From NCBI GenBank assembly GCA_903839975.1, contig CAIMEH010000027.1, positions 1-60,512 on the forward strand: DNA of 60,512 nucleotides, written 5' to 3'. Source of the DNA: an uncultured Candidatus Berkelbacteria bacterium (GTDB taxonomy: Bacteria > Patescibacteriota > UBA1384 > 2-12-FULL-50-11). Positions 8,497 to 18,934 of the stretch are shown one piece after another. The notes under the pieces were generated by a model. That model was not told the DNA's origin and did not search any database. It saw only the letters and a list, made by a program, of their open reading frames with translations. Numbering within the stretch: the stretch's first letter is position 1; each line of letters begins with the position of its first letter. The position numbers were made by a program, and so were the translations under genes.

Positions 8497-8578
8497 TGAA
8501 TCAATGCCTTAATCTCCAAAACATTTGATAGCGACGTAACGGAGTGAGGAGCTTTCAAAGCCCTTAATTTCGTGGGGC

Positions 8579-8653
8579 TTGACAAGCCTTTATTAGAACC
8601 GTAGTGTAACAACAGCAAGTGGAGAGAAGTGGTGAAATGTGGGGAAAAGTGGA
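8579..8653 (+). promoter_or_regulatory. dcw promoter with four MraZ-type boxes
   Basis: TTGACA-17-TAGTGT; GTGG at 8619, 8629, 8639, 8649 (exact 10-bp period), as known for MraZ operators. Confidence 0.8.
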
Positions 8654-8731
8654 TAACCCCTGTGGAAAACACTCAACTGCCTGCGGAGGGAACAATGTTA
8701 GACGCAATATACAAGGAGAAGAACACAACAA

Positions 8732-9163
8732 ATGTTAATCGGGGAGTATCAGCACAGTATCGATACCAAGGGCAGAGTCGCCGTGCCGGCCAAGTTCCGA
8801 ACGGAGCTAGGCTCATCCGCGATTGTTACCAAGGGACTCGACTCGTGCCTGTTCTTATATCCTAAAGGTGAATGGGAAGTAATGGCTAACAAACTCGCAA
8901 ATTTACCGGTGTCCAGTTCTAATGCTCGTTCGTTTGCTCGACTGATGTTGAGCGGAGCGATGGAAGTGGAGATCGATAAACAAGGTCGTGCCTTATTGCC
9001 AAGCTACCTGCGTGAGTACGCAGGTTTAAATGGTGAAACAATAATGGCCGGCGTCTATAATCGTGTCGAAATATGGGATAAAAAAGCGTGGAAAGACTAC
9101 TCGAAGACCGCGGAAGCGAACTCTTCGGCTACGGCAGAAACGCTAACGGAGTGGGAGATATAA
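8732..9163 (+). CDS. mraZ: Transcriptional regulator MraZ
   Basis: MLIGEYQHSIDTKGR, DKQGR, RVEIWD. Confidence 0.96.
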   Translation: MLIGEYQHSIDTKGRVAVPAKFRTELGSSAIVTKGLDSCLFLYPKGEWEVMANKLANLPVSSSNARSFARLMLSGAMEVEIDKQGRALLPSYLREYAGLNGETIMAGVYNRVEIWDKKAWKDYSKTAEANSSATAETLTEWEI

Positions 9164-9321
9164 TGCTAGACAAACTGATTATTGCCTTACTGTCTTTCTT
9201 TCAATCTGTTGCCCGACCGGAACTGGCCTTACAGCCAGCCCGGATTAATACTATTGGTACCAGCGGCGGGGGAATCTCTAAACGGGCTTCCCAAGCTAGG
9301 TTTTTGAAATTTATTTCATGA
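9163..9321 (+). CDS. Putative 52-aa peptide translationally coupled to mraZ
   Basis: TAATG stop/start overlap with mraZ, GGGAG upstream, hydrophobic N-terminus. Confidence 0.45.
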   Translation: MLDKLIIALLSFFQSVARPELALQPARINTIGTSGGGISKRASQARFLKFIS

Positions 9322-9458
9322 AGTGAATTTGGGTCGTTTGTTGGGATTTGTCTTAGCTTAGAAATTTGCGAGGACGCCATGCCCGGCAAACATCCGTTGA
9401 AATAGATCTCCCTGCCGTTTGGCCAAATATAATTGTAAGGAACGTACATAAAAAACAA

Positions 9459-10307
9459 ATGTTAAAAGTCACTAAACACCAAAGCATCTTAGTTAAAGAA
9501 GTAATCGAGGCACTCAAACCAGTTTCTGGCGAGACGTATCTTGATGCAACCTTTGGCGGCGGCGGCCACACCAGGGCAATCCTGGAGGCGAGCGCGCCAG
9601 ATGGCAAGGTGGTAGCACTTGATCGTGACAGTTCAACAGAGGAATTTGCAGCCGGGCTTAAGGAGGAGTTCGGGGAACGCTTCGACTATCGTGCAATTTC
9701 CTACATAGAGATGTCTAAATTGGGTGTGAAATTTGACGGAATAATGTTCGACTTGGGTCTGTCGGCTGATCAGCTTGAAGCGAGCGGGAGGGGCTTCAGC
9801 TTTCAGAAGAAGGACGAACCATTAGACTTGCGATTCGATGACTCGCACGGGCAGACGGCAGCAGAGTTTCTGCGTCAGTCGCCGTTAAACGAGCTCGAGA
9901 GAGTTTTCCGGGATTATGCCGAGGATCGTTACTGGAAAGCCCTAGCACGCAAGATTATGGAGCTAAGAAGAATTACACCTGTAAGGACCGTCAGGGACTT
10001 CATTACCCAGGTTGGCAACGAGAACCCAAAGGTTCTGGCGCCGTTATTCCAGGGTTTGCGAATCGAAGTGAACGATGAGCTTGGCGGCCTAAAAAGAGGC
10101 TTAGCCGCGGCATCGGAGTCACTCAAACCAGGTGGCAGGTTAGCAGTAATTACTTTTCACTCTTTGGAAGATCGAATAGTGAAAGAGTTTATGCGAAACG
10201 GCGAGTTCGAGCTCATAAACAAAAAGCCGATATCACCAAGCGAAGAAGAAGTTCGAAGTAACCCACGCAGTCGCAGCGCCAAGTTACGAGCCGGCAGACG
10301 GATTTAA
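9459..10307 (+). CDS. rsmH: 16S rRNA m4C1402 methyltransferase RsmH
   Basis: DATFGGGGH, DLGLS, RGFSF, FHSLEDRIVK, NPRSRSAKLR; start moved to ATG 9459. Confidence 0.95.
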   Translation: MLKVTKHQSILVKEVIEALKPVSGETYLDATFGGGGHTRAILEASAPDGKVVALDRDSSTEEFAAGLKEEFGERFDYRAISYIEMSKLGVKFDGIMFDLGLSADQLEASGRGFSFQKKDEPLDLRFDDSHGQTAAEFLRQSPLNELERVFRDYAEDRYWKALARKIMELRRITPVRTVRDFITQVGNENPKVLAPLFQGLRIEVNDELGGLKRGLAAASESLKPGGRLAVITFHSLEDRIVKEFMRNGEFELINKKPISPSEEEVRSNPRSRSAKLRAGRRI

Positions 10308-10339
10308 ATTCCTGATCCCAAATATTTGGGGCAAGGACA

Positions 10340-10711
10340 TTGAATCTAAATCATTTCAGGAGGGGAATGCCATTAAGACACCAGCAAAATCTACATCGAC
10401 GACAGGTCTACAAAACAGGATCCAGCTTTAGTATTGGACCAACAACCGCCCGTTATTTGATACTAATTTTGCTAGCAGTTTTTTCTTTGATGTTCTTAAT
10501 CGAATCGGCACAAGGTTCAGATAGTTTAATTCAGCTACGCAATCTAAACGGTCAAAAAGACAGTATTAATAAAGACCTACAGACCCTTCAAGTTAATGCC
10601 AGTCGTTTACAGTCGCTTCAATCGCTTAGTACTTCAGCTGCCAGCCAGGGCTTAGTGCCTTTGGACAGCTCGGTCGATACAATTACAGTTGCACCTACGG
10701 CTGCTAAGTAA
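10340..10711 (+). CDS. FtsL-like cell division protein
   Basis: Basic N-terminus, single TM, coiled coil; between rsmH and ftsI. Confidence 0.65.
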   Translation: MNLNHFRRGMPLRHQQNLHRRQVYKTGSSFSIGPTTARYLILILLAVFSLMFLIESAQGSDSLIQLRNLNGQKDSINKDLQTLQVNASRLQSLQSLSTSAASQGLVPLDSSVDTITVAPTAAK

Positions 10712-12408
10712 TGGCCGGAAAGGTCCATGTTGAGCGTGTCACAGTTTTATACCTGTTGATATTCTTTGTCACTGGGCTTTTTGTTTTCTTTCTATTTCAG
10801 AAACAAATCTTGGATTACGCCCAGTATTCGGCGGCAGCCAAAGCCCAAACAACCTCAACTACGCCACAGCCTGCTGCTCGCGGCCGGATTTTAGCTCACG
10901 ACAAGGCTGGCAATGTTTACACGTTGGCGGTTAGTAGCTGGGAGTATCAACTGCAAATATCACCACGACAGGTTAAGAATAAACAGAATTTGGTTAATTT
11001 ATTAAAGGTAGATATTCCGACACTTGATACTAACGCTGTTCTTGCCGCTATAAATAATAATAATGTTTATATTCCGCCGGTAATGTCTGGCCTGGATGCC
11101 ACAACTGCCGAAAAAATAACCAGCAAGGGTTATTCTGGAGTATTTATGGTTCCGGTTTTAGCTAGAATCTACCCAGACGGCGCCAACACGGCACCGCAGA
11201 TTATCGGTTTCGTCGGTGGCGATGGCGCAGGTAAATATGGCGTAGAGGCCACCTACAACGACCAACTAGTCGGAAAATCCGGTGACACTACAGCATTACG
11301 CGACTCGTTGGGTGGGTTGATTAGTGTTCTTGGCGGAGCACAACCACAAGCTGGTGATGACGTTACCTTAACCATCGACTATAACCTGCAATTCGAGGTG
11401 GAAACGGTGCTTAAAAGCGCGATTACTAAGTTCCAAGCCGATTCCGGCTCTGTAATTGTAATGGATCCAAAAACTGGTGCGATTCTGGCCGATGCCGGTC
11501 AGCCAAATTTCGATCCAAATGATACTTCTAAGATTACTGGTGCGGATTTATATAAATTAACAGATCCGAATGCTAGTTTAACCTACGAGCCAGGAAGTGT
11601 GATTAAGCCGATTACGATGGCGATGGCTTTGGATTTAGGGGTTGTAACCACTGACACACAGCATAACGCTGGTGGCTCGGTCACAATTTTAGGGCACGAG
11701 ATTAAGAACGCCTTAAACAAAAACTACGGTAATGAAACCTTGAGTGAGATTATTCAGAACTCAGATAATGTTCAGATGTCTTGGATTAGTAGTTTAATGC
11801 AGCCTGCTCAGCAGCGAGATTATCTTTCGAAGTTTGGTATCGGTAAAAAAACTGGGGTTGATTTAGTTGGTGAGCAGACCGGAAGTCTACCTGATATAAA
11901 AAACTGGAATGCTTTATTGCAGGCAACCGCTGCTTTTGGACAGGGTATCTCGACCACAGTTATGCAATTAGCCACCGACTACTCCGTCTTTGCTAACGGT
12001 GGCAAAACTGTGACGCCGCATGTAGTTGACCATTATGTTGATGCCAATGGCAGTACAACAAGTATTACCGAACCGGCTGGAACGCAAATTCTGAAACCAG
12101 AGACGGTCACGGCGGTCGATTCAATGTTGGTTAATACCGTTAATCTTGGTGAAGGTAAAAAAGCTGGCGTTGCTGGAATGCAGGTGGCTGGTAAAACTGG
12201 AACAGCCCAGGTTCCAGATCCAAAAGGTGGATATGACCCGACAAAAAGTATCGGTTCTTTCGCTGGTTATTTCCCGGCGGGTAATCCACAATTTGTGATG
12301 GTGGTGCGCTTAGACAACCCTAAAACTGTTAACTTTGCCGAATCTTCAGCTGCCCCAACTTTTGGTGAGATTGCGGCTTGGATGACGAATTACTACGGCC
12401 TTAAATAG
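10711..12408 (+). CDS. ftsI: Class B penicillin-binding protein (FtsI-like)
   Basis: N-terminal TM, RGRI, SxxK (SVIK), SDN, KTG; dcw position. Confidence 0.88.
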   Translation: MAGKVHVERVTVLYLLIFFVTGLFVFFLFQKQILDYAQYSAAAKAQTTSTTPQPAARGRILAHDKAGNVYTLAVSSWEYQLQISPRQVKNKQNLVNLLKVDIPTLDTNAVLAAINNNNVYIPPVMSGLDATTAEKITSKGYSGVFMVPVLARIYPDGANTAPQIIGFVGGDGAGKYGVEATYNDQLVGKSGDTTALRDSLGGLISVLGGAQPQAGDDVTLTIDYNLQFEVETVLKSAITKFQADSGSVIVMDPKTGAILADAGQPNFDPNDTSKITGADLYKLTDPNASLTYEPGSVIKPITMAMALDLGVVTTDTQHNAGGSVTILGHEIKNALNKNYGNETLSEIIQNSDNVQMSWISSLMQPAQQRDYLSKFGIGKKTGVDLVGEQTGSLPDIKNWNALLQATAAFGQGISTTVMQLATDYSVFANGGKTVTPHVVDHYVDANGSTTSITEPAGTQILKPETVTAVDSMLVNTVNLGEGKKAGVAGMQVAGKTGTAQVPDPKGGYDPTKSIGSFAGYFPAGNPQFVMVVRLDNPKTVNFAESSAAPTFGEIAAWMTNYYGLK

Positions 12409-13012
12409 CTAGAGTTTTCTTAGCAAGAAAGCTTAAATAAGTTCTTGAACGTGGCTTAACATTTCCTAACTCTAGTATTTGGAATTTCTCTTGCTTGAGA
12501 ATTTTTTCTAGCTCGTCCACTTGATAATAACAGAACAGTCTGGTTCCGTTATCTTTAATTCCAGGAAGATTTTCCAGATACTCTTCGCCATTGCCTTCAA
12601 TCATGCCCAAAACCATTGCGCCGTCATTTTTCAAAACTCGCCAGATTTCTTTTAGGGCTTTGCTAATTTCTTTTCTAGGAAGATGGAGTAGGGAGGTATA
12701 GGCCCAGACGCTATCAAAAGTTTCTTTCTCGAAAGGCAATTTCATTAAATCGGCATGCGAGGTTTCAAAGCCTTTTTCCTGACAGATTTTAAGCATGCTT
12801 GCGGAAGCATCTAAGCATATTATTTCATGACCTAGTTCTCTAAGAATCTCTGCATCTCGTCCTGGTCCCGAGCCGATATCTAATATTTTTTCGCCGGCAA
12901 TACCTGAAAATTTATTGATAAAATCCCTAGGGAAGTCTCGCCAAAAGTTTGCTGTTTGGTCGTCGTACTGCTGAAAATAGGTGTCGTAAGTCGAGACTGT
13001 AAGCTGGTCCAT
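12401..13012 (-). CDS. Class I SAM-dependent methyltransferase
   Basis: ILDIGSGPG motif I, LPFEKETFDSV, SLLHL. Confidence 0.9.
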   Translation of the reverse strand: MDQLTVSTYDTYFQQYDDQTANFWRDFPRDFINKFSGIAGEKILDIGSGPGRDAEILRELGHEIICLDASASMLKICQEKGFETSHADLMKLPFEKETFDSVWAYTSLLHLPRKEISKALKEIWRVLKNDGAMVLGMIEGNGEEYLENLPGIKDNGTRLFCYYQVDELEKILKQEKFQILELGNVKPRSRTYLSFLAKKTLAI

Positions 13013-13068
13013 CGCTGGTATCTTAACATATTCTTTCAGTTAGGAGACAAAGTTGTTAAACTTAAGGC

Positions 13069-14211
13069 ATGAAAAAAATTCGGGAGAAGATACTGTGGTG
13101 GGCGGCTAAAAGGCGAATCGCCAAATATCACTGCAAGATTATTGCTGTTGGTGGTGCTATGGCCAAGACTTCGACGAAGAAGGCGATCGGCACAGTGATG
13201 GAATTGGCATATCCCGGTCAAGTAAAAGTTGGCTACGGCAATTTGAACTCGCTTTTGGGCGTGCCACTCTCGATACTGGGTTTTGAGATTGATTTTTACG
13301 AACAAAAAGTTGGGCTCTGGCAGTGGTTCGTAATTCTGATAAAAGCAATTTGGCGCGGATTATTCTTAAAGCTACCAAGATATTTAGTTCTGGAGTACGG
13401 CACCGACAAGCCAGATGATATTAAACAAATAACCGAGCAGCTGCGTCCGGATATTGGCGTAATGACGATTGTTGGCCCGGCGCATTTAGCAAACTATCCA
13501 TCGGTCGAGGCTATGGTTAAGGACGAGGGCTATCTAGCCGAGTCCGTCAAAGAAGACGGTATGTTGTTAGTTAATTCTTCCGACCAATACCTAACCGAAC
13601 ATCATCAGCGCACCAAAGCCCGGGTGGTAAACGTGGTCTGCTCGCTCGAGGAAATTGCGATTAAATTTATGGAAGCCCTGGCGCGCGAGTTAAAAATTGA
13701 CGAGGGGATAATTACTAAAGCTCGCGAGCAGTTTAGTCCGCCAGCGCGCCGATTTAACTACGAAAAACTAAATGGCATAAATCTGCTGGACGATTCGTAC
13801 AACGCTTCGCCGTTAGCGATTCGGGCGGCGTTACATTTATTGAAAAAAATGCCCGGCCGTAAGGTGGCAATTCTCGGCGATATGCGTGAACTTGGCGACT
13901 ACAGTGCTGGTTATCACAAAGAAATCGGTGCATATGCCAAAACCATGGCTGATTTGGTGATTGCTGTTGGTCCGGAGGCCAAAGAATACGGCGCCGAAAA
14001 ATGGTTTGAAAATTCCGAGAACGCATCTAAAAAAATCTTGGCAGATCTTCGCAACGGGGATAGTGTACTTGTAAAAGGTTCAAAATCTGTTCATATGGAA
14101 CTAGTGACAAAAATAATAAGGGGCGCGTATGCGCCATTATGCCTCTCGGATAAGCCGGAGGATATAAGAGAAAACTACGGAGGAATAAATGGATCTAGCA
14201 ACAGCCAGTAA
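13069..14211 (+). CDS. murF: MurF-like Mur ligase (short form)
   Basis: NLNSLLGVPLS, DDSYNASP, ILGDMRELG, VLVKGS; precedes mraY. Confidence 0.82.
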   Translation: MKKIREKILWWAAKRRIAKYHCKIIAVGGAMAKTSTKKAIGTVMELAYPGQVKVGYGNLNSLLGVPLSILGFEIDFYEQKVGLWQWFVILIKAIWRGLFLKLPRYLVLEYGTDKPDDIKQITEQLRPDIGVMTIVGPAHLANYPSVEAMVKDEGYLAESVKEDGMLLVNSSDQYLTEHHQRTKARVVNVVCSLEEIAIKFMEALARELKIDEGIITKAREQFSPPARRFNYEKLNGINLLDDSYNASPLAIRAALHLLKKMPGRKVAILGDMRELGDYSAGYHKEIGAYAKTMADLVIAVGPEAKEYGAEKWFENSENASKKILADLRNGDSVLVKGSKSVHMELVTKIIRGAYAPLCLSDKPEDIRENYGGINGSSNSQ

Positions 14212-15211
14212 CTTCGCACTCGCAAAAACATTTTGGTTGGCCAGCTTGGCCTTCTTGGTTGCAATTCTTTGGACGCCATTATTCACCGACTTTTTATACA
14301 AAAATCGTCTAGGCAAAAGAATTCGTCAAACCGGTTTCGACGAGAAAAAAGCCCCAATTTTCTATGCCTTGCACAAACACAAAGAGAATACGCCAACAAT
14401 GGGTGGCCTATTGATATGGGTAACCGTTGCCGTAATCACCGTACTTATGAATCTATCGCGTTCCCAAACTTGGCTACCATTATTTGCCTTAGTTGCCACC
14501 GGTGTCGTTGGTGGAATTGACGATCTGTTCAATATTATGGGTATCGGACCAAACCGTGGTGGATTACGCTTCCGATCTAAGCTACTTCTATATCTTGCTA
14601 TTGCCGCCATTGGAGTATACTGGTTCTACTCCAAGCTTGGGTTCAATATTATGAGCATTCCAGGTTTTGGACAGGTTCAGATTGGTGCATGGTATGTTCC
14701 ACTGTTCTTATTGGTTATCGTTTACACCACTTTTGCTGCTAACGAGACAGATGGTCTGGACGGCTTGCTTGCAGGTACGATGGCCAGCTCATTTGCTGCT
14801 TTCGGCATTATCGCGCTATTACAGGGCAAAGTTGAATTAGCTGCCTTCTGTGGCACAATTCTTGGTTCGCTTTTGGCTTTCTTGTGGTTCAATATCTACC
14901 CCGCCCGATTCTTTATGGGCGATACCGGGGCGATGGCTTTAGGAATGACGCTCGGTGTATTGGCCTTTCTTACTAATACAGTGATTTTACTGCCGCTGAT
15001 TGCCTTGGTGCCTTACCTTGAAGGCTTGTCGGCGATTATCCAAATTGGTTCCAAGAAACTCAGGGGAGGTAAGAAGGTATTCTTGTCGGCGCCAATCCAC
15101 CATCACTTCCAGGCGATTGGTTGGCCAGAACCAAAGATTACGATGCGTTTTTGGATTATCTCCGCTGTCTCATCGATGCTAGGACTTTTTGTCTACATCA
15201 TTAGTCGATAA
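14189..15211 (+). CDS. mraY: Phospho-MurNAc-pentapeptide transferase
   Basis: TPTMGG, DD, NETDGLDGL, FMGDTG, APIHHHF. Confidence 0.96.
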   Translation: MDLATASNFALAKTFWLASLAFLVAILWTPLFTDFLYKNRLGKRIRQTGFDEKKAPIFYALHKHKENTPTMGGLLIWVTVAVITVLMNLSRSQTWLPLFALVATGVVGGIDDLFNIMGIGPNRGGLRFRSKLLLYLAIAAIGVYWFYSKLGFNIMSIPGFGQVQIGAWYVPLFLLVIVYTTFAANETDGLDGLLAGTMASSFAAFGIIALLQGKVELAAFCGTILGSLLAFLWFNIYPARFFMGDTGAMALGMTLGVLAFLTNTVILLPLIALVPYLEGLSAIIQIGSKKLRGGKKVFLSAPIHHHFQAIGWPEPKITMRFWIISAVSSMLGLFVYIISR

Positions 15212-15249
15212 ACTTCTAAAACTGGTTTGTTTCTGGGATACTGAGGTTA

Positions 15250-16638
15250 ATGTTGCTATCGATTTTTGCTGGCAAGAAAGTAGGACTTCTAGGTGCCGGA
15301 ATGGAGAATCTGGCACTTTTACCGTTTCTTAAAGAGGCCGGGTCGGAGATTACTGTTTGTGATAAAGCCGACCAAGAAACTCTGTCCAAAAGAATTAACG
15401 ATTCATCAATTTCCTTAAGATCCGGCGAAAACTATTTGGATAATCTTGGTGATTTTGACACTGTATTCCGAATTCCGGGAATGCCGGTTCGTGAAGTTCA
15501 AGCAAAAATCGCCAAATTAGACAAAAAACCAGAGACTAGCTCAGCCATCGATTTATTTATGGAAGTTTGTCCGTGCCCAATAATCGGCGTGACTGGAACA
15601 AAAGGCAAGGGAACAACAAGTACACTAATTGCCGCTGCGTTGAAGCAGGTAAATAAACACGTTTTTGTCGGTGCTAACATTGCTAGGCCTGTATTTGAAT
15701 TTATCGACGAGCTTACAAAAGATAGTATCGTTATCTTGGAGCTTTCCAGTTTTCAACTAGAAGACATAAAACATAGCCCACATATTGCGGTGATTTTGCC
15801 GGTAACGGAAGACCATCTTCAGCCACTATCAGAAATCAGTCCAAATTATCATTTGAATCTTGGTGAGTATGTTAGTGCCAAAGCCCAATTAACAGCATTT
15901 CAGGGGCCGACTGACTTGTTGGTTTATGCACTCGACTCACCAACAACCAAAGAAATCGCCGACAACAGTAACGCCAGACGAATCGGCGTGGGAAGAAATC
16001 CAAAAGCGGATTTAACTGTTTCGATTGATGGCAAAATTTCGGAAAATGGTCATCAGCTTATGGATTTAGCCAAGACTGGTCTGCGCGGCGAGCACGTATT
16101 TCTTGATGCAGCTTTGGCTGTGGCTATAGGACGTGAATTCGGTGTAACCGAAGAGCAGATGGAAGAAGCTTTCTCACATTACGAAACCTTGCCTCATCGC
16201 CTCCAAACTATCGGCAAATTTAACGACGTTACATATATAGACGACTCTTACGCCACGGCGCCCGATGCGGCTATGGCTGCCATCAAGGCTTTTAATGGGC
16301 CAGTTATTTGGATTGGCGGAGGTTCTAAAAAAGGTGCTTCATTCGATGATTTAGCTAGAATTATTAAAGAAAGTCATATTAAGTTAGTCATTCTACTTGG
16401 TGAAGAAGCTGATAGGCTAAAGCAGACACTAGGAGATCACGGTTTTGATCGACCAATTATTAAAGTTAGCCAACTTGTATCTGCAGTTGAGGAGGCCAGA
16501 AGAAGGGCAGTGAAGGGCGATACGGTTTTGTTATCGCCGGCTTGTGCCAGTAAGGATATGTTTAAAAACGCAGCCGAACGTGGCGAGATTTTCACTAAGG
16601 CCGTTCTCGAGGGGAAAGATGGCGGCATTTCAGTTTAA
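15250..16638 (+). CDS. murD: UDP-MurNAc-L-Ala--D-Glu ligase
   Basis: GVTGTKGKGTTS, ELSSFQL, HRLQ, LLSPACAS. Confidence 0.94.
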   Translation: MLLSIFAGKKVGLLGAGMENLALLPFLKEAGSEITVCDKADQETLSKRINDSSISLRSGENYLDNLGDFDTVFRIPGMPVREVQAKIAKLDKKPETSSAIDLFMEVCPCPIIGVTGTKGKGTTSTLIAAALKQVNKHVFVGANIARPVFEFIDELTKDSIVILELSSFQLEDIKHSPHIAVILPVTEDHLQPLSEISPNYHLNLGEYVSAKAQLTAFQGPTDLLVYALDSPTTKEIADNSNARRIGVGRNPKADLTVSIDGKISENGHQLMDLAKTGLRGEHVFLDAALAVAIGREFGVTEEQMEEAFSHYETLPHRLQTIGKFNDVTYIDDSYATAPDAAMAAIKAFNGPVIWIGGGSKKGASFDDLARIIKESHIKLVILLGEEADRLKQTLGDHGFDRPIIKVSQLVSAVEEARRRAVKGDTVLLSPACASKDMFKNAAERGEIFTKAVLEGKDGGISV

Positions 16639-16679
16639 ATTACGCCGAAAAATACATTTCTACGAAAGGCTTTTTCTTC

Positions 16680-17795
16680 ATGGAAAATAATAGATTCAAG
16701 TTGAGAAGAAAAATTGACACTAGCATCCCGACTGTCGGGCTAATTTTGTCGCTTTTTGGCTTAGTTATGGTTTTGTCTGCCTCACAATTTTCAGCGGCTG
16801 AAACTTACGGGTCGCCGTACTATTTCTTCGGACGACAGTTAGTTGCATGGTTGCTTGGGCTAGTGGTTTTTTATTATTACTTAAAAATTCCTCTGGAAAA
16901 ATTATACGGTCAACGCTCCTTGTATCTCTATGTGTCGCTTTTTATGCTCGTGATTGTTATTGCTTTCAGTCCGAGAATTGCAGCAGTTCATCGATGGATT
17001 AACCTCGGATTTTTTCAATTTCAACCTGCTGAATTTGCTAAATTATTTCTAACGATATATTTTGCGGGCTGGTTTGCCGCCAAAGCGGAAAATATTCAAA
17101 GTTTTACAAAAGGCGTTTTACCGTTCTTGGCAATTTTGGCGGCAGTGGCTGGCCTAATAATTATCGAGCCAGATATGGGAACTATGTTGGTGGTAGTGGC
17201 GCTATCGATGATTATGTTTTACGCTGCCAAAGCCAAATTATTTCACATACTTGGGATTGTAATCGTCGGTGTTTTGGCAATAGTTTCGTTAATTTATATC
17301 GCCCCATATCGAGCTGCCAGACTCGAGTCTTTCTTGGGAAAGGGTAGTGGAACACAGGATACACTTGGTTCCGCCTATCAAACCAATCAAGCATTGATTG
17401 CGATCGGTAGCGGTGGTTGGTGGGGAGAGGGTTTTGGCCAGGGCTTAAGTAAATATTCGTATCTGCCTGAATCGCACACTGACTCAATTTTTGCCGTTGT
17501 AGCCGAGGAACTTGGCTTTCTTCGGACCTTGTTAGTGGTGCTAGCTTACGTTTTTATCGCCTGGCGCGGTTATCAAATTTCCCAAAAAGCCAATAGTAAA
17601 TTTGCTCAACTTCTTGCGGTGGGATTGTCGTCTGCAATAATCGTACAAGCGCTTATAAATATCGGTGGGCTGCTGAGTGTTATACCACTAACCGGCGTGC
17701 CGCTACCGTTTGTAAGCTACGGTGGCTCGTCTATGGTTGTTTGTTTGGGGATGTTAGGGTTACTTACAAACGTATCTCGAGAAACAGTGGATTAA
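16680..17795 (+). CDS. ftsW: SEDS peptidoglycan polymerase FtsW
   Basis: RWINLG, QPAEFAK, PESHTDSIF, GVPLPFVSYGGSS. Confidence 0.93.
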   Translation: MENNRFKLRRKIDTSIPTVGLILSLFGLVMVLSASQFSAAETYGSPYYFFGRQLVAWLLGLVVFYYYLKIPLEKLYGQRSLYLYVSLFMLVIVIAFSPRIAAVHRWINLGFFQFQPAEFAKLFLTIYFAGWFAAKAENIQSFTKGVLPFLAILAAVAGLIIIEPDMGTMLVVVALSMIMFYAAKAKLFHILGIVIVGVLAIVSLIYIAPYRAARLESFLGKGSGTQDTLGSAYQTNQALIAIGSGGWWGEGFGQGLSKYSYLPESHTDSIFAVVAEELGFLRTLLVVLAYVFIAWRGYQISQKANSKFAQLLAVGLSSAIIVQALINIGGLLSVIPLTGVPLPFVSYGGSSMVVCLGMLGLLTNVSRETVD

Positions 17796-17824
17796 ACTCC
17801 CCGAACCTGTTATATATAAATGAA

Positions 17825-18934
17825 ATGACAGAGAATACGCAAAAACCTGTAATTCTAGTCGGTGGAGGTACCGGTGGCCATATTATGCCGCTAATTGCTA
17901 TCGCCGAAGAGATGAATGCCAGAAAAATTCCATTTATCTACGTTGGTGGTAAAGAGAGTCGGGAGGAGAAAATGGTTAAGGATCTCGGTTGGCAATTTGT
18001 TGGTATCGATGCCGGCAAATGGCGTCGCGAAACTGGACTAAAAAGCATTTGGCTTAATATGGGCGACGGTTTTAAAGTTATTGCCGGATTTTTCCAATCT
18101 GTAAAAATACTTAGGCAATCAAAGGCTGAAGTCGTCTTTAGTAAGGGCGGTTTCGTTGCCTTGCCAATGGTTTATGCTGCCAAGTTTCTAAAAGTTCGTT
18201 TAATTATTCACGAATCAGATGTATATATGGGTCTGACGAACAAGCTTTCCGCCAGATTTGCTGATAAGGTTTTGACGGCATTTGATCCAAAAGTTTTTTC
18301 CAACTCTGATGAGCGTTATATTCAAGTAGGAATTCCGATAAGAAAAAGTTTGCGTGCTGCCGCTGATTTGAAGGCGCCAGCAAAAAATAGACCAGTTCTG
18401 CTGGTAATGGGCGGAATCCAGGGAGCGATGGCGATAAATAATTACATAAAACAAACTCTCCCAGAATTAGTTAAGAAATACGACGTTGTTCACAGTGTAG
18501 GCGAACAAAATTTTGCGCTTTTTAAGACTGCTCGTGAGTCATTGAAGAAAACTGATCAAGCACACTATAAGCCTTATTCGTTTATAGATCGCGAGTTATC
18601 GTATTACTACCAAACAGCAGATCTTATTATTAGTCGAGCAAGTGCCACGGTAATTGCCGAAGGGGCGTTATTCGGCAAAACAATGTATTTAATTCCGCTA
18701 CCGACTTCAGCTGGCAATCACCAGGTACTAAACGCCAAGTACTTAGCCGAGGCCAATGCCGTGGAATATCGCGAACAGTACCAGCTATCTGGAGAAAAAG
18801 TTTTAGCTGATGTGAACGAGCTAATATCTAATCCAGACAAGATGAAGCAGCTCGGCAGCAATTTGCGTAACTACTTTAATGAGAATAAAACTATAGAGAC
18901 AATCATGGAGATAATACTAAATGGCAAAAGCTAA
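17825..18934 (+). CDS. murG: MurG glycosyltransferase
   Basis: GGGTGGH, KGGFVALP, HESD, HQVLNA; start moved to ATG 17825. Confidence 0.93.
   Translation: MTENTQKPVILVGGGTGGHIMPLIAIAEEMNARKIPFIYVGGKESREEKMVKDLGWQFVGIDAGKWRRETGLKSIWLNMGDGFKVIAGFFQSVKILRQSKAEVVFSKGGFVALPMVYAAKFLKVRLIIHESDVYMGLTNKLSARFADKVLTAFDPKVFSNSDERYIQVGIPIRKSLRAAADLKAPAKNRPVLLVMGGIQGAMAINNYIKQTLPELVKKYDVVHSVGEQNFALFKTARESLKKTDQAHYKPYSFIDRELSYYYQTADLIISRASATVIAEGALFGKTMYLIPLPTSAGNHQVLNAKYLAEANAVEYREQYQLSGEKVLADVNELISNPDKMKQLGSNLRNYFNENKTIETIMEIILNGKS

Noticed and set aside
8648-8669. DnaA-box-like 9-mers (also near 53391) as an origin
   Set aside because: Only one or two mismatched boxes per site, overlapping MraZ boxes; insufficient for oriC
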